DNA of 64,000 nucleotides from Vulcanimicrobiota bacterium (GCA_963820825.1 CAWGBN010000009.1:1-64000), one strand, 5' to 3'; numbered from the stretch's first letter, positions 1 through 9,541 are shown. Notes: a model not told the origin generated them from the sequence alone. Made by a program: numbers and translations.

Positions 1-273
1 CGGCTCTTGCGGGTCCTGGTGCTTCCAACGCTGGAGGGGCTGGCGGAATTCGCCACCGTGGACTCGCGCTCGGCCTCGATCGTCGGCGACCTGAACGCGG
101 TCAACCATTACCTGGAGACCGGCGACGAGACCGAGCTTGTGCGGTTCCACGGCGTCTCAATCATCGATGCTCGGGGCAACGCCGTGCCGCTACTGACCGA
201 CACCGACGAGCTCGAACGCCTGGGGTCGGCTGGCATCCTGTCATTTCAGTCCATGTACGCGAGGGTCAGCTGA
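1..273 (+). CDS. Hypothetical protein (5'-truncated), coupled to the next gene
   Basis: Open frame from window edge with protein-like composition; TGA overlaps next ATG (TGATG). Confidence 0.65.
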   Translation, partial: RLLRVLVLPTLEGLAEFATVDSRSASIVGDLNAVNHYLETGDETELVRFHGVSIIDARGNAVPLLTDTDELERLGSAGILSFQSMYARVS

Positions 274-752
274 TGGCACGCTCGACCGATCCCATCAAGA
301 CCGGCGCGCGCAGGGCGAAAACGCAGCGCCGCGTCGGCCAAGGAGCATCTTGCACGGACTGCGGCCGCGAGGAGATGCTCGTCCGCAGAAGTTCGTCCGA
401 AGCGTTGCCTGAGATGCTATGCACTCAAAAATCGCAAGAAGACGACAGAGACGAACCATGTTGCTGGCGAAGCGAACTCGCCGATCACCATGGAGGTTCC
501 GATAACTGCCCACCGCACGTTGAGCGAAGCACAGTACGAGTGGCCGCCGGGGGTGCTGTCCAACGCTGACGGCAGCCCACTATTGGCTGCAGCCGGGTTT
601 TTGTGTGGAGCAGCCGACTGCATCGAGCATCTAGTTGTCAACGGGCTGCGCTCGTCGCCGAGTTCCTTCGCAAACTCGATGCCTGGCTGCGCGAGCATAT
701 GAATCCGTCGTGGTGGAAGGGCACGGATTTTGACGGATGGCAAGCGGCGTAA
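273..752 (+). CDS. Zn-finger / degenerate HNH-like protein (frameshifted in read)
   Basis: Joining frames gives CTDC...CLRC...NHVAGEANSPITMEVPITAHRTL...WWKGTDFDGWQAA*; overlaps the PolB start. Confidence 0.5.
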
Positions 753-3700
753 CGTCGACTCCGCTGAAGCTGGCGATCCGTGTCTACCCGGAACCGCAGC
801 GGGAGCAGCGCGATCGTAAGAAACTGCGGCATTGGCGGCGGCCGTCGCGGATGCTCGTCTTCGATCCCGAGACCCGCACCGACACGGCCCAGGCGCTGAC
901 GTTCGGCAGCTACCGCTATTTCGAGGATCGCATTTGCCTGGAAGAGGGCTTGTTCTTCGGCGACGATCTGCCGCGCGCCGATCGCGCGAAACTCGAAGCC
1001 TACGTCGCGACGCATGCGGCCGCCACCGATCGGCGGCGCGGCGTGCCGCAGCTGCGGCTGCTCGACCGGCGCGCATTTCTTGAAAAGTTCTACGCTGCCG
1101 GATACGACGGGCGCGGGCTGATCGTCGGCTTCAATCTGCCCTTCGACCTGTCCCGACTCGCCGTGGACTTTGGCGACGCGCGCAGCCGCAGCGATCGGCG
1201 GTTCGCGGGCGGTTTTTCGCTGGTAATGTGGGACTACGCCGACGTGGAAGGGGCACGTCACGAGCGTCGTCAGCGCCCGCGGATCGCGATTAAGCACATC
1301 GACAGTAAACGCGCGCTCAAGGGGTTCACCGGCACGCTGGACGCCGACCCGGTCGATCTGATTCCCGAGGGATCGGAGACCGGCGACCCCGAGGACGACT
1401 ATAAGTTTCGCGGGCACTTTCTCGATCTGCGGACGCTAGCGTTCGTGCTGACCGATCGCGGGCACAGTCTCGATTCGGCGAGCAAAGCGTTCGGCGTCGA
1501 ACAGGGAAAAGGCACCGTCGATCGCCACGGCGTCGTCACACCTGCATATATCGACTACAACCGGCAAGACGTCGCGGCGACCGCGGAACTGTCGTTCAAG
1601 CTGCTGGACGAGTACGACCGCTTCGACGTGGAACTGCAAGAGACGCAGGCCTATTCGCCGGCCTCCCTGGGCAAGGCGCACCTACGCAAAATGGGTATTG
1701 CGCCGATCATGGAGCGGCAACACTTCGAGAAGCGGTATCTCGGCTACGCGGAGTCCGCGTTCTTCGGTGGACGGACGAGCGCGCATATTCGGAAAGTCGC
1801 CGTTCCCGTCGTGTACACGGACTTTCTTTCCATGTATCCCACCGTGAACGCCCTCATGGGTCTGTGGCGGTTCGTAGTCGCCGCGGAAGTCTCCGTGGTT
1901 CCCATGGAGAAATCTCCGAGACGACCGAGTTTCTCCGCACGATTACGCCTGAAAAACTGTTCAGCCCGGCGACGTGGACAAAACTTCCCGCGTTCGCGCG
2001 TGATACCGTCCGGAGACATTCTCCCGACGCGCGCCAAGTACGGCCGCGAAAGCAACGACTACCAGGTTGGTCTGAACTACGTCTCCGCGACCAGCGACGA
2101 CCCGAAGGACGGTCTCTGGTTCGCGCTGCCCGATCTGGCCGCGTCCGTGCTGCTGACCGGCCGAGTTCCCAAAATCGTCGAGGCGTTTGCGATCGCACCG
2201 AAGGGACAGCTGCCGGGTCTACGGCCGATCACGCTGCGCGGTACGGTGCCGATCGACCCGCGACGCGACGATTTCTTCCGCAAGGTGATCGAAGAGCGCA
2301 AACGCCTTGCGAACAATACGGCACTCCCGGACCAGGAACGGACGCGGCTGGACAAGGCGCTCAAGGTGCTCGCCAACGCGACCAGTTACGGCATCTTCGC
2401 AGAGATGATCCGCGAGGAGACCGCCAAAAAGGTGCCGGCGACGTGCTACGGCATCGATCCGACGCCGTTCCGGTGCGAAGTCGCGAACCCTGAACGCGCG
2501 GGCGAGTATTGTTTCCCACCGTTGGCGTCACTGATTACGGCCGCGGCGCGTCTGACTTGGCGCTGTTGGAACGCTGCGTGACCGATCTCGGCGGCACGTA
2601 CGCGATGGAAGATACCGACTCCATGGCGATGGTCGCGAGCCGGCGCGGGGGCCTAATCCGATGCCCGGGTGGCAGTGCCGCACCGAAAGCACGGGCGCGA
2701 CGCGATCCGGGCGCTGCGTGGAAGCAAGTGATGCGAATCGCGGGCTGAGCTCGATCGGCTGAACCCTTACGATCGGACCGCCGATCAAAGGGTCCATCCT
2801 GAAGATTGAGGGGACAACCACGACCCCAATCACGCGGCAAGCGGCGGCAGCTGTGGTGCCTGGCGATTTCCGCCAAGCGTTACGTGTTGTTTGTGCGCGA
2901 TCGTAAATGGCGACCCGGCATTGCTGCGCGAGAAGGTCTAACGCCGAAGACGATCGGTGCTCGCGAGCATGGCCTCGGGCATCTGCTCAATCCGGCCAAT
3001 CCGGAAGACGACGATCGCCAGCTGGATCGCGGCGGCGTGGCTTGGCGATCGTGCGCCAATCGCTTGGGCCTCGCAGCGGACCCGCTACCGGTTCGCGCAC
3101 CACATTGCTGTTGGCCACACGACGATGAGCAGCCCGCGGTTCTGCGGCCATTCGACAAGCTCAACGCTGGTAAGACGCTACGCGAGCGAAGATCAAACCG
3201 TTCAACTTCATTCTGACCTCGCATGTCGCAAACTGGCGCTCCGATCGGCGCCGATCCGGAGAGTTTCCGTCTGATTGCGCCGTATGAGACCGATCCGCGT
3301 AAGTGGGGCGCCTGCCGTGGATCGACCAGTATTCCGAGAAGCGCCAAACGGTTAGCATTACGGCATCGGCGCCGCACGGTTCGCGCTCAATAGCGCGGGT
3401 GAAAGCTACGCCGACGTGCTTAAAGCCTACGAGTCTCATCCGGAAGCCAAGTGCGCTGATGCCGACGGCGAGCCGTGCAGGGAGCAGACCGGCGGACTAT
3501 TAGCTCGACGCCACGTCGCGATCGCCGGCTTCGACTTTATCGGCAAGGAGTCGAACAAAGTCGAACAGGTCGAGGAGGGCGGCGTTCCAGCCGAAAGCGA
3601 CGTGTACACGGTCTACAGGCGATCCGCGACGCGACGAGTGGGAGACCAAGTGGCTGCCGATGCTGCGAGCGACGCCGGTCCCACAGTTGCTTGCGCAAGA

Positions 3701-3797
3701 CGTATCGCGAGCAACGATTTACGCTGCCAGGGCCGGGCGCAACTTATACGGTCGTACTAAAGACAAGCTAATCGAGACCCTTAAGAGCTTAGGTTGA
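737..3797 (+). CDS. polB: Family B DNA polymerase with 3'-5' exonuclease (frameshifted in read), ~1000 aa
   Basis: ExoI VFDPE, ExoII FNLPFD, ExoIII YNRQD, FFGGR, motif A DFLSMYP, motif B KVLANATSYG, motif C EDTDS, SAKRY (KxY) spread over consecutive frames; stop TGA 3795-3797. Confidence 0.88.
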
Positions 3798-3845
3798 AGC
3801 GCGCTCAGTAGCGGTTAGTGGGCTGTTTATTAGCTTGGTCCTCGC

Positions 3846-4745
3846 TTATGTTTTAGCGGGTGCCTCGGGTGGCGTCCGGACGCCGATCAAACCACCTTCC
3901 GGCCGCGTAAGCAGTTCAACATCAACGTACGCCTCGTTCGGCCCTAGGCGACCTTTTACGACAACATTGGTCTTATAGTTTGCTCTTGCATGGTCGCGCG
4001 CACCGTAGAAGGTGACGAAGAAGCGAAGCGCGCCGTTGATTCTCGGAAGGATCTCCCGCTCGATGGAAAGCCCTCCTCTGACTACCCCTTCGGCTACGAT
4101 GCCGGGGCCACGTGCAATGTTATACTGGTCTCCATGGAATTGATAGTTTGAATGCGCGAAACTGTTCCGTATGCGCGGTTCATACCATCGAAAAAGATCA
4201 CAGACTCCTTCGAGGCCCACTTTCGCCGCGGCAGTACAGATCCGCTGAATCTTCGTAGCTGATTTGTCGATGCGCTGTCCTTTCTTGTCCACCAAAAGGA
4301 ATCATGGAGTAGCGGGCTCCTGATATGACGCGGAGCATGTTCATAATCAGAGTATATGTAATATCCATTTCTGCAATGTGGGAGTATTGCAGCATCCCAA
4401 GCCTAAGCTTGGCGTGCGTTACCGTCGGGAGGTGAACGTAACTAGAGACCTCGTTAATAAGTGTCCAACTCTCGACTTCCGGAAACCGCCCGCTGTCTTT
4501 CAGCCCATCGAAGTTCAGCAATGAACAGGCATACTCGAACTCATCGGCTGCCTTGGCTGCGTCGAACAGCCCGTTCAGGATCTGGTCATACAATGCGCTA
4601 CGCTGCGTTATAACAGGCGGAGCCCTGCGGGTATCCCGTAACAAAGAGCGGGTCGTTGGGACCCTTCCCCTGCCTCTGATGTTCTCTAAGCTTGGCCCGT
4701 AAGCGGCGCTCAAACTTCGCCCAGGCTTCTTGCTCCTCGGTCATT
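3846..4745 (-). CDS. Putative HEPN-like (RxxxxH) protein, split over three frames
   Basis: ORFs 4598-4819, 4198-4713 and 3846-4295 join into one helical protein with IRNSFAH near the C-terminus; lower GC. Confidence 0.5.
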
Positions 4746-4953
4746 TCAAGGTCGATTATAGCGCACGGTCTGGAATCGAGGTTGCGATTAGCGAGCGATG
4801 TCGCGCTCGCCTTCGCCATCGACCGGTGCGCGCTCCCGGCGCGGCGGGACGTGGACCGGGAGGCCTGAGTTCCTGGTCGTTGCGCGGGGGCGCGGCGCCA
4901 AGCACCGAACGTTCTCAGCCGCTGGTCCGTTCATGCAGCGAGGAGCAAGGTAG

Positions 4954-5631
4954 ATGAAGAGCTTAGATTTCGGACGCTATGCGCTTGACGGCTTTGCCGT
5001 TGCGGCAATGCTGGCCGGGTGCGGCGGATCGCAGCCGCCGATCGGCGCGGTGGGCGCGATGCCGCAAAGCCGCACGATCGCCACGCACTCGGCCGCGGCG
5101 GATGGTGGATGGCAGAGAATCGCGGGAGACTCCCCCGATGCTCTTTTGTATGCGTATGCTGGGTGTAGCGGCGTATGTATCTATTCGTACCCTTCGGGTG
5201 AACCAGCGGGCTCTTTGGACGGCAGTGGTGGCATCTGCCCCGCCCCAGACGGGAGCTTTTACGAGCTTACCGCGAACAGTTCACGCGCTATTGTGCTGGA
5301 GCACTACGCCCACGGCGCAACACAACCGATGGGGACGGTGCAAGTCGATGGTTACGAATCCCTTGCATGTTCTGTCGACCCAGTGACCGGTAATGTCGCT
5401 ATCTCTTTGAATCTTAACAACCAGGTCGCCATCGTGCCAAACGGCTCCGGCACGCCAAGATATTACACCGTCCGCTTAGTTCCAGCATATCTTTCATATG
5501 ATAGTGTTGGAAATCTCTTTGTCGATGGTACATCGTACGACGCGCCAAAACTTGCAGAGTTGCGATCAGGTAGCGACACGTTTGTTAGATTTGCGCTTGA
5601 TAGGAAGCTCGGGTTTGAGCCCATTTCTTAG
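4954..5631 (+). pseudogene. Secreted lipoprotein (beta-propeller/NHL-like), 3'-truncated by IS
   Basis: Lipobox LAGC, SVDPVTGNVAI and YDSVGNLFVDG blade-like motifs; ORF runs into the IS inverted repeat at 5611. Confidence 0.65.
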
Positions 5632-6814
5632 TCCACCGGCGATTGTGGGATTGGTGTAGAAAAGTTTTCGACGAACTCCTTGGGCGTAAGATAGTTTAGC
5701 GACGAGTGCGGCCGAACCTCGTTGTAATCCACGAGCCATGCATCGGCCTCTTCAGGATCTGCAGGAGAGTCCTTGAAGATCTTCACGTTGAGGAACTCGT
5801 CGCGCACGCGAGCGTTGAAGGACTCGATCCAGGCGTTCTGTGCGGGTTTCCGGGATCAATGAAGTGCAGCAGAACATTGTGATCGATCGACCACTGCAGC
5901 ATCGCGCCGGCGACGTTTTCCGGACCGTTATCAACGCGAAGGCGCGTCGGGATAACCGCGGATCTGGCGACGTCATCGAGCGTTCGAATTACGCGGCGGC
6001 TGGTGATCGAAAAGTCTGGGTCGACCGCGAGACCTTCGCGGCTGAAGCGGTCCTCGATCGTCAGCAACCGCACTTTGCGCTTGGTCATGAGGATTTCGTG
6101 CATGAAATCCAGTCCCCATTCTTCATTGAGCTTTGTCGGAGCCGGTGAAACGTTGCCGCGCACCAATCGCACGCGTCGCTTCTTGCGCGGTCGCACCTGC
6201 AATCGCTCATCGCAATACAGGCGGCGCAGGCGTTTGTCGGTTCATCACGAGGCCTTCACGCTTGAGCAGGATCTTAAGACCGGCGCCATCCGAATCTCGG
6301 CCGCTCTTGCGCAATGCAACGCAACCGATCGCGGACGTGCTCGTCGCCGGGGCGTTTGCGTGGTTTGTATCGTACGGTCGGTCGGGGGCAGGTCGCGAGG
6401 CGGCACGCTTGCCGGCTGGCTCATCCCCTCGGCCTCTAACGCCCTCACCGCTTCCTTGCGCGCTGAGGGCCCCACCCGTTTTTTTCGAATCACCTCGGAC
6501 ATCGCGCGGATCTCGAGGGCTTGACGCGCGATGATGCGCTCCATCTGCGAGTTTTCGGATTCGAGCTCTTTCGAGACGGGTGAGATCGCTGATGTCGAGC
6601 CCGGCGTATTTGCTTCGCCACAGTCGCAGCGTGTTGACGTGAACGCCGTGTTTGCGAGCGAGCTCAGCTGCGGATCGGCCGGCGTCGAGCTCTTGAAGGA
6701 TCGCGACGATTTGCGCTTCGGTGTAGCGTCGCTTGCGCATGCGGGTCTCCTTTGCAGGCCATCTTGGCCGGAAACCCGCAATTCCCATTGGACTAGATTC
6801 CGGGGCTCAAACCC
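5611..6814 (-). mobile_element. IS3-family insertion sequence (~1.2 kb)
   Basis: Imperfect terminal IRs GGGTTTGAGCCC..TAGTCCA at 5611-5635 and 6789-6814; orfA HTH (MRKRRYTEAQIVAIL); orfB DDE core (WGLDF, VDNGPE, IESFNARVRDEFLN). Confidence 0.88.
5628..6740 (-). CDS. IS3-family transposase OrfAB (programmed -1 frameshift plus read errors)
   Basis: ATG 6740 with GGAG RBS; AAAAAAAC slippery run at 6478-6485 at the orfA/orfB junction; stop inside the IR. Confidence 0.8.
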
Positions 6815-7062
6815 CACCCCAGTTAATATATCGATTGGCGGCCTGTTTCCTCGCAGCAGTGCTGCCGCCTAACCTCGAAACCCTAGCCTAACGGAAAGCC
6901 ACCGATGGACAAATTCAAGGCTCCGCGCTTTGCGGAGTTTCCGGATTATCCTCACGCCTTAGAACGCTAGGGCCTACCTAAGCTAGTAGCAGCTTAGGAA
7001 TCACCGGATTAAGATCGCGCTGTGCGTGCGATCTTTCCCAAGTCACAAAGAAAGTCACCCAA

Positions 7063-7284
7063 GTGATTCGTTTCGACGATCTGCCCGACGTACTCACGCC
7101 GGGCGAAGTTCAGTCTTTCCTGCGCCTGGGACGCAACGCCACTTATGCTCTGCTCCAGAACGGGACGCTTCGCAGTGTTCGGTTAGGGCAAAAGTACCTC
7201 GTGCCGCGCCAAGCCTTGCGGGAGTTGCTCGACGGTGGCGGCGAACCTAGCGCCACCGGAACCCCCGTGAAAGGACACGCCTAA
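7063..7284 (+). CDS. Excisionase-type HTH DNA-binding protein
   Basis: 73 aa, LPDVLTPGEVQSFLRLGRNATYALLQNGTLRSVRLGQKYLVP, directly upstream of the integrase. Confidence 0.85.
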   Translation: MIRFDDLPDVLTPGEVQSFLRLGRNATYALLQNGTLRSVRLGQKYLVPRQALRELLDGGGEPSATGTPVKGHA

Positions 7285-7285
7285 C

Positions 7286-8461
7286 ATGGGGTACTTGAAA
7301 CGTATCGGCCCCAAACGCTACCGTTACGCTTACGAAGGTCCGAAAACCGATGGCAAGCGGCAGCAACTGACCGGAACGTTCTACGACCTGACTAAGACGG
7401 AGGCCGAAGCAGAACTTGCAAAACTCGAAGCGCAAGCCCGCAACGGCGAAAACATCAAAAACCCGAACCTGACCTTGAAGCAACTGTTCAGCGAGTTCAT
7501 GGAGAAAAAGGAGCCGATCCTAGCAGTCTCTACCTTCGAACGATACGAAATGTTCGGGCGGCTTTACATTCTCCCGGAGTTCGGTGATCGGAAGGTCCGC
7601 GACATTCTACAAGGCGACCTCGTTGACGCCTACGGCAAGTGGCGGGTCAGCGGAAGTCGTGAAAAGCCGGTCTCTGGTAGGACAGTTCACCACATTCACG
7701 ATCTCATTCGTTGCGTTCTGAACTTCGGTGTCAGGCGCGACCTTGTAACTCGCAACGTCGCATCACTGATACCGTCGGAGGACCTACCGAAGGCACCAAA
7801 GCCCGAACCCAAAGCTCTAGACGAGTCGGAGACGGCCAGACTTCTTGCGGCGGCACGCAATCCATCAGAACGTGCCAAGCAATCCGGCGGCCCCAGCGCG
7901 GAGCCCTGGTTTTATCCGGCAGTCGCGTTTGCGGTGTACACCGGAGCGCGGCGGGGGGAAGTCCTCGGTCTCCGGTGGTCTGACTTGGATCTCGACTCCA
8001 ACGCAGTCACTATCCGGCGCTCACTAGCGAGAACCCACAGTCAAGGGCTCTTCTTCAAAGAGCCAAAGAACGGCAAGGCTCGGACGATCACTCTGCCTGG
8101 GTCGCTCGTTGCGACCTTAGAACAGCATCGTTCAGTCCAACGCCAGGAGCGAAATGCTCTCGGTAGCGGCTACAAGGACGACGATCTGGTCTTTGCCCGA
8201 CCCGATGGATCACTCGTCAACCCTCGGAGCTTTGGGAACAGGGTGACAGAGTTGGCGGTTCGGGCGAAGGTCACGCCAATCACGGCTCACTGCTTGCGCG
8301 ACACGCACGCCTCGCTTCTGGCGAAAAAGGGCGTGGCAATAGAAGTAGTGAGCAAACGTCTCGGTCATGCGGATATCCGCGTCACGGCCGAGCGTTACTT
8401 ACACGTCTATACCGAGCGGGACGCGGCTGCCGCGAGCGTGCTGGACACGCTTTGCGACTGA
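7286..8461 (+). CDS. Tyrosine recombinase / site-specific integrase (ICE/phage type)
   Basis: YTGARRGE (R), KEPK (K), HCLRD (HxLR), LGH, Y in ERYLH; intact 391 aa. Confidence 0.95.
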   Translation: MGYLKRIGPKRYRYAYEGPKTDGKRQQLTGTFYDLTKTEAEAELAKLEAQARNGENIKNPNLTLKQLFSEFMEKKEPILAVSTFERYEMFGRLYILPEFGDRKVRDILQGDLVDAYGKWRVSGSREKPVSGRTVHHIHDLIRCVLNFGVRRDLVTRNVASLIPSEDLPKAPKPEPKALDESETARLLAAARNPSERAKQSGGPSAEPWFYPAVAFAVYTGARRGEVLGLRWSDLDLDSNAVTIRRSLARTHSQGLFFKEPKNGKARTITLPGSLVATLEQHRSVQRQERNALGSGYKDDDLVFARPDGSLVNPRSFGNRVTELAVRAKVTPITAHCLRDTHASLLAKKGVAIEVVSKRLGHADIRVTAERYLHVYTERDAAAASVLDTLCD

Positions 8462-8605
8462 GGGCGCTTTTCGCGCCGTTAGACAAATGTTAGAAACGGA
8501 GACCTAAAGACGATCTAGAGTGGCGAAAAAGCCTGTAAAATAAGGACAAAACGTTTTGGGATGGCCGGGAGTCGAACCCGGACGCCCTTTCGGGCTGCAG
8601 ATTTT

Positions 8606-8865
8606 CGCACCACTATGGCTTTCGCCACCGCCACGATCGCGTTTGTGGTCCGGACTGTGCCTTGACCGTGTGAGACGCATCTCACGTAGGCCGCGCCCGT
8701 CCAGTCTCTACACCTTGCCTTCGCCCGGTCACCCTTCGACAGGCTCAGGGTGACACGGTACGATGGCCTTGGCTCGGCGTCGTCACGTCTCGCGAACAGA
8801 GAGTTCGCCGACTTTGAGCGCATCCCGCAAGCGGTTTCCCGTCCTGCGGCTCAACGATCCTCGCT
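8606..8865 (-). ncRNA. Group I intron (IC3-like), 260 nt, in the tRNA-Leu anticodon
   Basis: Inserted after U of UAA, ends in G; core motifs TTGAGCC, CTCAAAGTCGG, CCGAGCCAAG, GGTGTAGAGACTGGACGGG, AAGGCACAGTCC; P7 GACTG/CAGTC; GAAA tetraloops. Confidence 0.9.
8728..8754. repeat. REP-like palindrome inside the intron
   Basis: GTCACCCTTCGACAGGCTCAGGGTGAC; related copy at 8925-8966. Confidence 0.6.
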
Positions 8866-8984
8866 AAGTCTGCTGTGTCTGCCTATTCCACCACCATCCC
8901 ATGCTGCGGCCACCCTTCGCCCTTCGTCCTTCGACTCCGGTGCTTCGCACCTTCGCTCAGGACGACACCCTGCGATAGTCCGGG

Positions 8985-9497
8985 TTAAGGACGGCGTTCG
9001 GCGACCGTGAGACGCCGTTCAAGTACATCGAAGCGCCGATCCACGTCGTCGAAACGAACGTACACCCTCGTTTCGAAGCTCGTAAAACGCGTCTCGAACG
9101 CTCCGAAGCGCGTTTCCAACTTGTCAAACCGCCCCGAGAGTACGTCGTAGTTCGACTCCGCGGCCGCTCGAAATTCGGTAAGCTCCGCTTGAATCGCGTC
9201 CAGCCGCAATTCCATGCCGCCGATCCTACCTTCCACGCCGCCGATCCGACCTTCCACGCCGCTGATCCGACCTTCCAGGCCGCCGACCCGAGCGTCCACG
9301 CCATCGATTCGAGCTTCCAGCCGCGATTCCACGCCGTCGATTCGAGCTTCCAGGCGCGATTCCACGCCGCCGATCCGAGCTTCCAGCCGCGATTCCACGC
9401 CGTCGATTCGAACTTCCAGACGCGACGTCGACGCCTCGAGCATTTCCCCGAAGCGGCCGATGAGTTCATCCGCAAAGCGTTGATCCATGGCGCCCAT
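8985..9497 (-). CDS. Coiled-coil repeat protein (hendecad plus heptad repeats)
   Basis: RIDGVESRLEA x~4 and RIGGVEG x~4, matching 33-bp and 21-bp DNA tandem repeats at ~9211-9420. Confidence 0.75.
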   Translation of the reverse strand: MGAMDQRFADELIGRFGEMLEASTSRLEVRIDGVESRLEARIGGVESRLEARIDGVESRLEARIDGVDARVGGLEGRISGVEGRIGGVEGRIGGMELRLDAIQAELTEFRAAAESNYDVLSGRFDKLETRFGAFETRFTSFETRVYVRFDDVDRRFDVLERRLTVAERRP

Positions 9498-9541
9498 CGT
9501 ACGCTACGGTTGTTGCCTCAGCGTTTCCTGGCTCGACGCGA

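Larger units (their letters stand above)
1..8556. mobile_element. Integrative element (right part only) encoding PolB, excisionase and tyrosine integrase, inserted at the 3' end of tRNA-Leu
   Basis: xis and int end ~95 bp from the tRNA 3' end; cargo at 3.8-5.6 kb is visibly lower in GC; core genes resume right after the tRNA; left boundary is outside the window. Confidence 0.8.
8557..8900 (-). tRNA. trnL: tRNA-Leu(UAA), split by an intron (exons 8900-8866 and 8605-8557)
   Basis: Acceptor GGGATGG/CCATCCC-A, spliced anticodon arm GCAGA-CTTAAAA-TCTGC, long variable arm GCCCGAAAGGGC, T-loop GGTTCGACTCC. Confidence 0.93.

Noticed and set aside
1..8461. Calling the element a casposon, pipolin or prophage outright
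   Set aside because: No cas1 or virion genes are in view, the PolB clade cannot be assigned without a tree, and the left end is missing.
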